From assembly GCA_965263355.1 (NCBI GenBank), contig CBDHHL010000023.1:1-44068 (forward strand): a stretch of DNA of 44,068 nucleotides. Direction: 5' to 3'. The translations under genes were made by a program, and so were the position numbers. The notes beneath the pieces are model-generated. The model was not told where the DNA came from, did no database searches, and was given only the letters and a program-made list of their open reading frames with translations. This document shows, in pieces, positions 27,615 through 35,609 of this stretch. The stretch comes from Leptolyngbyaceae cyanobacterium. GTDB taxonomy: Bacteria > Cyanobacteriota > Cyanobacteriia > Phormidesmidales > Phormidesmidaceae. How positions within the stretch are numbered: position 1 is the first letter of the stretch; every line of letters starts with the position of its first letter.

Positions 27615-27937
27615 TGAAAAACGAATGTATTGATCTGGCTGATAAGTTGCGTCAAATCAGATTAGATGTTTTAGCGACATCTAATTTAATTGCTGGCATT
27701 AATAAAGCGATGTCACTAAAGCTTACTGAATTAAGCCAGGAAGTTAATAGTGATAAAACGTTAAAAAATGCAGACGCTCGCAAAGCTGCATTAAGCCATC
27801 TAACAAGCACAAATGAAGAGTATATCAATTTCGACGCTGAATTGTGTCAAAAAAATAACGAAAAAGCTCTTCTAGAAATTGAAAAACAACATCTTTCAGA
27901 TCTACTGAAAATACATTTGGCTTTTTCTGATCAGTAA
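27614..27937 (+). CDS. coiled-coil hypothetical protein
   Basis: TAATG overlap with upstream gene; DKTLKNADARKA. Confidence 0.65.
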   Translation: MKNECIDLADKLRQIRLDVLATSNLIAGINKAMSLKLTELSQEVNSDKTLKNADARKAALSHLTSTNEEYINFDAELCQKNNEKALLEIEKQHLSDLLKIHLAFSDQ

Positions 27938-28207
27938 AACGAATAGGAGTTGTAGTAGTGGATCAAGTTACATATTTTCAGTCTGAAGACGGTTTTTGGA
28001 CTTGGAAGACAAAGGTTTTAGTATCTGACCGATGTTTCGCGACTCACGAAGAAGCGATCGACGATTATCAACAACAAAAGGAGTTAGTAGCATGTTAAGT
28101 CTTTTTCTGCAGATAGGGATCGTAATTTTGGTCGCATCCCTTGTATTAACTGCTTTGTATATTGCTCTTTGGCCAAGGATTGATGTTTATTGCGAGGAAG
28201 ATGACCG

Positions 28208-28393
28208 ATGAATACTTCAAAGATTTTGCGAGTGGTTGAAATTAATGGCAATAACACTGTGCTTGAAGATATAACAATTATTTCAACTGAGCATTTCGCA
28301 AGCTTGTGCAGCATTCCTCAAGTAGGCAAGTCATACTTTATTACCATAAATGATTTGAATGTGGTTGTAGATATTCAGGAAGTAACAGAATAA
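28208..28393 (+). CDS. hypothetical protein
   Basis: GAGGA RBS, 61 aa. Confidence 0.45.
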   Translation: MNTSKILRVVEINGNNTVLEDITIISTEHFASLCSIPQVGKSYFITINDLNVVVDIQEVTE

Positions 28394-28423
28394 CCTTAGT
28401 CGCTGGGCTCAATGCCCAGCATT

Positions 28424-28519
28424 GCGCTCTTAGTTCAATTGGTAGAACACCCGCGATCGCCTGATTCTAGATTAAGGCATCAACACGGGAGGTTGTAGGT
28501 TCAAATCCTGCAGAGCGCT
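28424..28519 (+). tRNA. tRNA-like RNA (tRNA-Trp-like body) with ~23 extra nt in the anticodon arm; CTA at arm tip
   Basis: acceptor GCGCTCT/AGAGCGC, D-arm GTTCAATTGGTAGAAC, stem CCCG/CGGG, variable AGGTT, T-arm GTAGG-TTCAAAT-CCTGC; no encoded CCA. Confidence 0.8.
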
Positions 28520-28574
28520 TTCTCTGAAAAAGGAGAAATTGACAATAGACCAGTTTTAGAAATTGGAGTTGATT

Positions 28575-28775
28575 ATGGCGATTCAGGCATGGCAACCAAA
28601 AGAAAGAAGGCCAATTAATAAAAAGCTTTTGACGGCTACTAGGCCGACCCTGCCGACAGGGTTAAGCAAGCAAGAAAAAATTGATTTGTTGATGCCTGAT
28701 TTAGTTGATCAACTTCAAGGCGTTGATGATGAGACAAAAATGAAAATCTTGCAAGCGTTAAATAACCATGGCTAA
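28575..28775 (+). CDS. hypothetical protein
   Basis: GGAG RBS then MAIQAW. Confidence 0.55.
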   Translation: MAIQAWQPKERRPINKKLLTATRPTLPTGLSKQEKIDLLMPDLVDQLQGVDDETKMKILQALNNHG

Positions 28776-28959
28776 AGTCCTTAGTTCTAAAGAATGGCAA
28801 CAGTTTGTGATCAAAACGATCGCTACAGCCACAGAGCCAACGGCGCTAAACCTGGCAATCCGTCAGTATGCAGCCATAACAGGTATGCCGGTCAAAACTC
28901 AAAAACAACGTGAAATCGTTATTTCAAAAGCAATGGGGGAATATCTTGGAACGCTGTAA
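28768..28959 (+). CDS. hypothetical protein
   Basis: overlaps upstream gene end. Confidence 0.55.
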   Translation: MAKVLSSKEWQQFVIKTIATATEPTALNLAIRQYAAITGMPVKTQKQREIVISKAMGEYLGTL

Positions 28960-29110
28960 ACGAAGGAATTCATGGAAATATTAAGCAGTCTAATTGCAGA
29001 TAGAAGCATAGATTTAGCGCTTGCGGAAGCGGCTAAAAAAGCTCAAAAACAATCAGGTGTATCACGAGAAAAATTGTTATTGGAAATGTTCGGCAAGAGT
29101 AGTCAAGATT

Positions 29111-29245
29111 ATGAAGCAGAAGCTGCAGACGTTCAAGTTCAAAATAAATAATGGTCCAACGGTTGAATACGTTTACCAAGATTATGATCAAGCATTGAGA
29201 GAGGCAAAAGCCGATAATCCAGGGGCGACGGTGACTGTGGTTTGA
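29111..29245 (+). CDS. small hypothetical protein
   Basis: MKQKLQTF...ADNPGATVTVV; its 3' end is duplicated downstream. Confidence 0.45.
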   Translation: MKQKLQTFKFKINNGPTVEYVYQDYDQALREAKADNPGATVTVV

Positions 29246-29333
29246 AATCTTCCCATGTACGCGTGGGTTTGTCTCCAGGTGCAACAGTGACTGTGGTGAG
29301 TAAGATTTGAAATCTTCCCATGTACGCGTGGGT
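29218..29333 (+). repeat. tandem duplication containing 28-bp perfect repeat with palindromic core
   Basis: TTTGAAATCTTCCCATGTACGCGTGGGT at 29241-29268 and 29306-29333; preceding 24 bp also duplicated. Confidence 0.9.
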
Positions 29334-29372
29334 GATGTGACAGTAACATGTGCCACTTTCTTGAAAAATCCC

Positions 29373-29401
29373 TTGACACCCATGTGCACATGGGATATTA
29401 T
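29373..29401 (+). promoter_or_regulatory. consensus promoter with perfect 16-bp operator palindrome in the spacer
   Basis: TTGACA-CCCATGTGCACATGGG-A-TATTAT. Confidence 0.85.
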
Positions 29402-29407
29402 ATACAT

Positions 29408-29642
29408 ATACCGCAAAGGGGAGCGGACATTGAGGCGATAAAAAGCCGATTGAACCTGCGGGGCACCGCTCCCCTGAGGCTATCGGGACACCAAATCTGG
29501 CAGAGGTGGATAAATTAAAACGGCCAGTCGTCAGTGCGGTTACAACTGGGGTCAACAGCGTACGGCCCATACAAACCCGCTAGAAAACCCCGTGAGGCAG
29601 TCTGAGAGGACAATGGCCCTCACGGGGTTCTCTTTTGCTTTT
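29408..29642 (+). ncRNA. putative structured non-coding RNA (~230 nt)
   Basis: between strong promoter and terminator; stem AGGGGAGCGG/CCGCTCCCCT; no convincing sense ORF. Confidence 0.45.
29586..29642 (+). terminator. intrinsic terminator-like hairpin
   Basis: AACCCCGTGAGG / CCTCACGGGGTT then T-rich tract. Confidence 0.65.
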
Positions 29643-29657
29643 TGCGGCATATCGGAC

Positions 29658-29837
29658 ATGAGAAAAGACACACGATTTCAGCCAGAAGGGAAAAATGTAG
29701 CTGCAAAGGCGAGTCAGTCTGTCGGAATTCGTTTCCCGGTAGAAATCATCGAGGCTTTGCAGGCTGTTCCCGGTGGTAGGCAGGAGTATATACGGAAAGT
29801 TGTTTTGGATGCGTTAAAAGCCGATGGCTTGATCTGA
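29658..29837 (+). CDS. RHH/CopG-like small DNA-binding protein
   Basis: SVGIRFPVEIIEALQAVPGGRQEYIRKVVLDAL; similar to 42810-42983. Confidence 0.7.
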   Translation: MRKDTRFQPEGKNVAAKASQSVGIRFPVEIIEALQAVPGGRQEYIRKVVLDALKADGLI

Positions 29838-29857
29838 CCTGGCTACTATTAAAGTTT

Positions 29858-30121
29858 TTGATGAAACTTATATTTTGTCCAAAATGCGAAGACATCAGAG
29901 CTTTGGCCTATGAACTTCGTTATTGCTCCTGTGCCAGCTCTTGGGGTTACTATCGACGCGATGGACTAAACGCTGTTATTGGTGGTAAGGCTATCCCGTT
30001 GGGGTTAAATAATCAAAGCTTCGTTAAGGCACTCAAAAATAGGCCAGCGCAAGGTCTAGGCCAACGGTTTGAAGCATTCGTTATTCCTGAAAATTGTCCT
30101 ACATTGATGGATGAAGGCTAA
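29858..30121 (+). CDS. zinc-ribbon hypothetical protein
   Basis: CPKC...CSC. Confidence 0.65.
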   Translation: MMKLIFCPKCEDIRALAYELRYCSCASSWGYYRRDGLNAVIGGKAIPLGLNNQSFVKALKNRPAQGLGQRFEAFVIPENCPTLMDEG

Positions 30122-30348
30122 AGCTTTACATTCAGCCATTCGATCGCGCGATTCGCAGCCTCTTTGTCTGACGCACGGTTGCCAAACTCTTTAAGTGTTT
30201 GCTGCAGCTTCGTTCCCTGAATGATGGGGAATTTATTTAATAAATGTTCTCTACAATCTGCATCGTCATCTTTGGCCAATGCATCTAAAGTGTTGATGCA
30301 TGAGCGCACCGCAAAGGTGGTAAATAAGTTGCTTCAGGTCGTCTTCAT

Positions 30349-30567
30349 TCATTTGGCTAACGGCAAATCTACCAGGTTCACCCAATCACTTGGGTCAAAG
30401 TCAGCATCTTCTGCCTTAATAAGGCGAATCATCAGCGAGCCACCCTGGGTCTCTAGCACCAAAGATAGACCGTTGCCCCCAAATAATTCATCCAGATCCC
30501 TTAGAAACGCTTTGAGCCATAGGTCTTGTATTTCTTGAGTGATTTGCTGCTTACTCATCTTTCCCAT
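30349..30567 (-). CDS. hypothetical protein
   Basis: 72-aa ORF in leftward operon. Confidence 0.55.
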   Translation of the reverse strand: MGKMSKQQITQEIQDLWLKAFLRDLDELFGGNGLSLVLETQGGSLMIRLIKAEDADFDPSDWVNLVDLPLAK

Positions 30568-30878
30568 ACCTCCGAGATGATTCTGTTCTCTCTTCTAGTC
30601 AAGAATCCCGTGCTCCTGGTTTCCTCCAGTGTCGTCAACCCACTAAGCACATCCCCAGGCAGCAGGCACTCGCCAACCAAGACATTGGTTTCAGTGACCT
30701 GGGCCTCTACGTCAGTCCCAATCAGTTCGCTTAAACAAGACGCAAACGCCCAGATGAGCCCCCTCTGGGTTGAGCTGGCGCTGATTGTTAGGCAGCTGTT
30801 GCTTTGACGCAACACGATCTCTAACTCGGTTGAGTTCTCAGTCGATTCAATGCTTAATTCGTGCAGTGTGTGGAGCAT
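30555..30878 (-). CDS. hypothetical protein
   Basis: 107-aa ORF in leftward operon. Confidence 0.55.
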   Translation of the reverse strand: MLHTLHELSIESTENSTELEIVLRQSNSCLTISASSTQRGLIWAFASCLSELIGTDVEAQVTETNVLVGECLLPGDVLSGLTTLEETRSTGFLTRRENRIISEVWER

Positions 30879-30975
30879 GGGTTATATTTCTGTCGATAAA
30901 CGGATAATCGGCAACTATACTGCCGCATAGTTGCATCACAAAGATGGTAAATAAGTTGCTTCAGATCGTCTTCAT

Positions 30976-31341
30976 TCATGATTCGATATTTTCCCAAAAA
31001 TTAGTGCAAGTACTACTGATCAACGACAAAGCAGCAGTTGTAGCTGAAGCATGACCGTCGGAAACTGCGCTTAAAATTTTTGGTTCTTCTGATGAGTCTA
31101 TTTGTGGTAACGGCTGCTCAAGTATGCATCTAACTACATACGGTTCGTCTTCTTCAGTGCTAGGAGAATATTCAAACAAAATAGACCAGCCCCTAGCTGT
31201 GCAATAGCGAATAATGCCATCAAATAAAGCCCAGTGCTCTAATGGTTCGTCTACACCTGGAATATCAGCAGCTGAGATTAACTGCAGATCGTCGTTGACC
31301 TGATTCAATATTTCACTACGTGTTGCGGTTTGTCTCGTCAT
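30976..31341 (-). CDS. hypothetical protein
   Basis: GGAG RBS, 121 aa. Confidence 0.6.
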   Translation of the reverse strand: MTRQTATRSEILNQVNDDLQLISAADIPGVDEPLEHWALFDGIIRYCTARGWSILFEYSPSTEEDEPYVVRCILEQPLPQIDSSEEPKILSAVSDGHASATTAALSLISSTCTNFWENIES

Positions 31342-31460
31342 AGCTCTCCATGCTGTGGGCCTTCGTCCTCATAACGATCCGGTTCATCCTCTGGCGATCC
31401 CATGAGAAAGACGCCCCCAGGAATACTCACTAGTTGTAGTATTAAGCTGTCATTTTTCAT
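31338..31460 (-). CDS. 40-aa micro-ORF equal to the N-terminal fragment of an FGE-sulfatase domain
   Basis: [40 protein letters not shown]; not in ORF track; ATGA-coupled to the next gene. Confidence 0.7.
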   Translation of the reverse strand: MKNDSLILQLVSIPGGVFLMGSPEDEPDRYEDEGPQHGEL

Positions 31461-31632
31461 TTTCTCGTGGATGTGACGCGACATTATCTAAATACTTTTG
31501 ATACTCGGAACTATACAGATAATTCCTGAGCAACGTGATCGCTGCTGATGTTGGCGAGTCGACCCCAGCCAACGTCATATAGGAACGAATAGCGGCGGCC
31601 ATCCCTGGATCGATTATGCCTTGGATGCGCAA
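31450..31632 (-). CDS. RHH-like small protein (start uncertain, next to IS end)
   Basis: [38 protein letters not shown]. Confidence 0.5.
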   Translation of the reverse strand: MRIQGIIDPGMAAAIRSYMTLAGVDSPTSAAITLLRNYLYSSEYQKYLDNVASHPRENEK

Positions 31633-31666
31633 AGTCTTGTCAGGTTCATTGCTAACCCTTTGACAA

Positions 31667-33056
31667 ATGAAGCTCCCCCACCTTAAAGAGGATGGGGGTG
31701 TCTTATGCTAACTTGAGGTTATCCCTAACCCACAGGTCACATAAGCAAGCCCAGCTTCCGGGCTTCCGTCTAGAACTTTTGCTAGAGCGGAACTCACGAT
31801 CCTTTCGGTCAGTGAGCTTAAGAATTCCTCTAGCTGCGATGTTTTGACTCCCATTGAGGTCGCAGTTATACCGCTTGCCAGAAGAAAATTTTGCTAAAGC
31901 GTAGTTTTTAGAGTCACGCTTCACGACTCCAGAGCCATCATAAGCAAGCTTCGAAGTGTAGGCGGCAACGATATCTATGACTTTGCCACCAAGTTCCTTC
32001 CACTTCATTTCGGTATAATCGCGAATCTTGCTTTTGAGCCATCCGTGGAACCGCTGACGGAGGTTAGAGCGCTTTTTGCCGCCCTTAGGTTTCCATCCTT
32101 TTAAGTTCTCAAAGACAATAGCTTCAGAGTTGTGGTCTTTGGCTATGTTAACTATTCGCCTAGAAACGATGTGGCCAATCTGGGTGTTGATGTTCCGACA
32201 TTTACGATAGGTGTTAGAGCAAAATCCTTTATGGAGTTTGCCGCCTTTCCCCATCGTCTTGTTGGCTCTCATTGATACAGACTTTAGGCGTTTGTCACGA
32301 CGGTCTATGTCTCTTCCAGGGTGAATAAATTCACGATAGATTACAGTACCGCAATGGGTTACGACTGAAACTGTAGCTGTAGTATTTATTCCAAGGTCTA
32401 CAGCAACCACATTTTTGTCAGGGTTCCGCTTTACTGGCTTGCAATGAAACGGAACCGATAAATGACATGACTTAGCATTGAGAATGAGTGACGGTGACAG
32501 CATTTTGTTACCTGCTATCTCATGGCGATCCCTAAGCCCTGTGATTTGAACCATCGTCCAAACCCAATCAGACCCGGTGAACACCTTGATCTCAACCTTG
32601 TCTAAGCCATGCAGCTTGTAGCACTGCCCTTTGTGCAGCGCTGGATAGCACCCAGCATCAGGGTTTAGCAATGGGGGTTTAGCATCTCGACGTTTGCGAG
32701 ATTGCCCGCAGTGCCAGTCACGATACCGGGTCATGTAGCTACTAACCTGGCCAATCGCGAAAGTGATAGCGGCTCTACGGTAGTAGCTGGGGAACTTATG
32801 AAACACCCGGTTGATTTGCGGGTATTTCACGTCTGGGCGGTTGCTGGTTGCGTGCATTAGACGCTCAACCGCTGATGTTCTCTCATCTGCCGTGAGCGGT
32901 GCTAGCTCTGGCCAGTGCGTAAAGACAATACCCACTAAATACCGACACACACGACGATAGATCTTAATCGTTTCACCAAACAGCAGGCGCTGTTCAGTGG
33001 TTGGATTAAGCGTCCATTTGTCGGTACGGATGATTTTTGTGGGTTTTTTCATCTTC
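31667..33056 (-). mobile_element. tnpB-only IS200/IS605 (IS1341-type) element
   Basis: right-end hairpin CCCCCATC/GGTGGGGG then AGCTTCAT; CCAT at left junction; no tnpA; ends inferred. Confidence 0.65.
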
Positions 33057-33058
33057 AT
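31703..33058 (-). CDS. tnpB: RNA-guided endonuclease TnpB
   Basis: AVDLGIN, IVFENLK, YTSK, YNCDLNGSQNIA; Zn-finger Cys absent. Confidence 0.9.
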   Translation of the reverse strand: MKMKKPTKIIRTDKWTLNPTTEQRLLFGETIKIYRRVCRYLVGIVFTHWPELAPLTADERTSAVERLMHATSNRPDVKYPQINRVFHKFPSYYRRAAITFAIGQVSSYMTRYRDWHCGQSRKRRDAKPPLLNPDAGCYPALHKGQCYKLHGLDKVEIKVFTGSDWVWTMVQITGLRDRHEIAGNKMLSPSLILNAKSCHLSVPFHCKPVKRNPDKNVVAVDLGINTTATVSVVTHCGTVIYREFIHPGRDIDRRDKRLKSVSMRANKTMGKGGKLHKGFCSNTYRKCRNINTQIGHIVSRRIVNIAKDHNSEAIVFENLKGWKPKGGKKRSNLRQRFHGWLKSKIRDYTEMKWKELGGKVIDIVAAYTSKLAYDGSGVVKRDSKNYALAKFSSGKRYNCDLNGSQNIAARGILKLTDRKDREFRSSKSSRRKPGSWACLCDLWVRDNLKLA

Positions 33059-33093
33059 GGCATTGTTATGGCTATACTCTCCATCCTAAAAAA

Positions 33094-33405
33094 TTAATCA
33101 CGCAACCCTTTTTCTATTGCGGCGATCGCTTGAGAGATTTCAGCATTATCACCAACCTTTTCCTTTATCACTTCTAGTGCTTCAGCCATCGCCCCTTGAC
33201 GTTGAATAAGCTTTTGCTGAACTAATTGTTTGTTTTTTAGCTCTAATCCCTTCGCAATTTCAGATTTATAGATTCTTAACCCCCTAAGAATTATTTGTCT
33301 AATTAATTCAGCTGGCGATATTTCGTCGTTAGCGTCAGCCAAGTCATCTATTTCTTTCCAGGTAGATGCCATAAGAGTGACGGAACGCTTTGCAGTATCT
33401 GCCAT
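33094..33405 (-). CDS. RHH-like regulator with coiled-coil tail
   Basis: KRSVTLMASTWKEIDDLA...SPAELIRQIILRGL; divergent from the membrane/ATPase cluster. Confidence 0.6.
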   Translation of the reverse strand: MADTAKRSVTLMASTWKEIDDLADANDEISPAELIRQIILRGLRIYKSEIAKGLELKNKQLVQQKLIQRQGAMAEALEVIKEKVGDNAEISQAIAAIEKGLRD

Positions 33406-33576
33406 CGCTAAACCAATAAGTTACAGCTTTAGAGTAGCAAATTATTCAAAGGATACCACAGGGTTGATGAAGGGGGGCCAACGTATCCCCATGGGGTTGT
33501 CATAGGGGCGTACAATGATTATACTTTAGTTGCACTTGTTCAGAACTTGTGCAGGGGTTGTGCAAGGTTTGTGGTT

Positions 33577-33879
33577 ATGTCGGTTCAAGCATGTGACGCC
33601 GAGGTTTTGGAGGAGCCAGGGCTGTTTAGCGAAGAACGCTATACGCCTAGGCAATTCAGAGTAACTGTGTCTGAAGTGGTTGGCCGTCGTGTATGCCGTG
33701 ACACGTTCAACTCTTGGCGTTATCGCCTCGGCATTGAGGTTGATGACGATGGATGTTATGGACGCGAAGAAGTGTTGCACCTGTTGGGATACCTGGATTT
33801 CAGGGCTAAGACGGGATGCACTCTGAAGCAATATTTACTTTGGAAAAAGGGCGAATTTACGCCCGCAATGGTTAGTTAG
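33577..33879 (+). CDS. hypothetical, possible DNA-binding protein
   Basis: RVCRDTFNSWRYRLGI; first gene of rightward cluster. Confidence 0.5.
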   Translation: MSVQACDAEVLEEPGLFSEERYTPRQFRVTVSEVVGRRVCRDTFNSWRYRLGIEVDDDGCYGREEVLHLLGYLDFRAKTGCTLKQYLLWKKGEFTPAMVS

Positions 33880-33902
33880 TTACCTAAAAGGAGACTCTAC
33901 AG

Positions 33903-34361
33903 ATGGCTATCAAGGATAAAACCACAGAAGACAATCAGGGCAAGGGTTTTAGCGGCTCTGACTCTGCCAAGGCGCCCACAGGAGACCAGCCTGTAGACAC
34001 GGGTCAAATGGTCAAGGTTATTCAGAATAGTGCAGTACAAAAGGTTGTCAACCTGGTTCAACAGGCCGACGCCACCTTTCAGGAGTTAGAGGCCGCTGGG
34101 GCAGACGCTATTCTTGCCCGTGAATCACAGGTAGCTGTGAGGGTTTTAGACAGAGTGACCGCTGGGGTTATAGCTCAAGCTCAAGAAGACGTAATCCCTA
34201 ATGCACAAGGGCTTCAGCGTCAGTTAACACAAGCGCTGTTTGAGGTTAACCGTACTGAGGCTTGGCGGACTTGTACGCCGTCTGAGATGGCATCTAGCCA
34301 GCTTTTATTTGGCAGCCCATCCGATGTAATGAAAAGCGCAAAGGCATTGCCAGGGGCTTAG
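33903..34361 (+). CDS. hypothetical protein
   Basis: AAGGAG RBS, 152 aa. Confidence 0.7.
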   Translation: MAIKDKTTEDNQGKGFSGSDSAKAPTGDQPVDTGQMVKVIQNSAVQKVVNLVQQADATFQELEAAGADAILARESQVAVRVLDRVTAGVIAQAQEDVIPNAQGLQRQLTQALFEVNRTEAWRTCTPSEMASSQLLFGSPSDVMKSAKALPGA

Positions 34362-34460
34362 ACAATATCCAAGATATCCAAGATGCCTTAGACAGCTAGA
34401 CACCTTTATTTCCAGTATGTCTAGCTGTCTAAGAGAAATCCAAGATATCTAAGACAGCTT
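34357..34460. repeat. 16-bp perfect inverted repeat flanked by ATCCAAGAT direct repeats
   Basis: CTTAGACAGCTAGACA (34387-34402) / TGTCTAGCTGTCTAAG (34418-34433). Confidence 0.85.
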
Positions 34461-34464
34461 ATTT

Positions 34465-34920
34465 TTGGTAAAAAAAATGGTCATAAAAACATCTTGGATA
34501 TTATTGCTAATCGGAGTGGGCCTACCTGCTGCGTTAAGTTCTCAAGATATTTCAGAGAACTGGAATAATGCGTCTGAAATTAGAGAGCAGCGAAAAATTC
34601 AGGCTAGGCAAGACAGACAGGCCGCAATGCACGCTACTCAAGCTAAGCAAGACTCAAAAATTGCATTAACTAGGGTGAAGGCTGGCTGCGTGCCAGTGGT
34701 GGCCAAGTCAACTTTTAAGCAAACTCATCTAGCTGAAGGGGTTGAAGTAATTGCCTCACGCGATAGCACGATCCCACTAGGGGACGGTTCGCTGATTTGC
34801 ACAAGATTAGGGGATACAGCAGAAATCTGGGGCGGTCGCGTATCGCAAGTAAAGCGGATTGCACCAGATGACGTTGATTCATATCTCGATTATTTTTCTA
34901 AACAACCTGGAGCTCATTGA
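34465..34920 (+). CDS. membrane-anchored/secreted protein
   Basis: N-terminal hydrophobic helix, helical linker, two-Cys domain. Confidence 0.65.
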   Translation: MVKKMVIKTSWILLLIGVGLPAALSSQDISENWNNASEIREQRKIQARQDRQAAMHATQAKQDSKIALTRVKAGCVPVVAKSTFKQTHLAEGVEVIASRDSTIPLGDGSLICTRLGDTAEIWGGRVSQVKRIAPDDVDSYLDYFSKQPGAH

Positions 34921-35609
34921 TTATGAAAAAAAATTCACGACAAGCAAGTGACATCGTAACTATTGTTTTTTGGTCATTAGCTTCAGCCGTACTACTGGTC
35001 GTTATATGGATGAACCTAGAGCCATGGTTTGCGCTAGGTGCTGACTTTACAGCAATGATTAATAAAAATCTTCTAATTAGGCTTGCTGATTGGCTGGTTG
35101 GTGGGAAGGCTGGCAAGGTGCTCGCGTTCGTCTTTTTCTTTATTACCTTTCAACAATGCAAGAAAAAGCCTTGGTTGGCCGTTTGGGCTGCAATGTGTGG
35201 TTTAGTTCTTTTGCTGAACCCAAACACTTTAATTTCTGCAATCGCCGAACTGGTTGGATTCATTTTTTGGAGCTGGATTCAAGTTGTTCAAGCTGCCCCA
35301 TTAATTTGCAAGCACAGCATTGCAGGGACAAACCGTGAGTGGCTGAAAGAACTTAGGAATTATCGGATTGCAGCTTACTTGATCGAAGCGATCGCGTGCT
35401 TCATCAAGTATCCTCCATACGCTGGTGGTGATTTTAGTCGGCTATTAAGTGATTTAACGAATGGGTTTTTCCTAGACCCTGGCCTTTGGAGTTGGCCGAA
35501 TTTCTTTTGGGCGATCGCAACAATGGCTGCTGTTGAGCTGACTATTCACTTCTTACTTAAGGCTGCTGTAGCTGTACGGGTTACACGGGTTACGGGGGCA
35601 GCAGCATGA
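34917..35609 (+). CDS. polytopic membrane protein
   Basis: 5-6 hydrophobic segments; overlaps both neighbours. Confidence 0.7.
   Translation: MIMKKNSRQASDIVTIVFWSLASAVLLVVIWMNLEPWFALGADFTAMINKNLLIRLADWLVGGKAGKVLAFVFFFITFQQCKKKPWLAVWAAMCGLVLLLNPNTLISAIAELVGFIFWSWIQVVQAAPLICKHSIAGTNREWLKELRNYRIAAYLIEAIACFIKYPPYAGGDFSRLLSDLTNGFFLDPGLWSWPNFFWAIATMAAVELTIHFLLKAAVAVRVTRVTGAAA

Larger units (their letters stand above)
30312..30979 (-). repeat. 41-bp direct repeats at 30312-30352 and 30939-30979
   Basis: CAAAGRTGGTAAATAAGTTGCTTCAGRTCGTCTTCATTCAT, 2 mismatches. Confidence 0.9.

Noticed and set aside
28424..28519. Ordinary amber-suppressor tRNA, or tRNA with group I intron
   Set aside because: Arm is ~23 nt too long for normal decoding and far too short for a self-splicing intron; many intact genes here end in TAG, so there is no sign of stop reassignment
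29241..29333. Mini CRISPR array
   Set aside because: Only two repeats; the spacer duplicates the sequence before repeat 1; the core recurs as a promoter palindrome; no cas genes in the window
29033..29570. Minus-strand ORFs over the repeat/promoter region
   Set aside because: Three overlapping frames antisense to a strong promoter, with repeat-derived peptides; likely shadow ORFs
31338..31460. Diversity-generating retroelement template/variable repeat
   Set aside because: No reverse transcriptase, no second adenine-mismatched copy, and DGR variable regions lie at the C-terminus of FGE domains, not this N-terminal part
31660..33060. IStron (group I intron-IS hybrid)
   Set aside because: No room for a ribozyme core before tnpB
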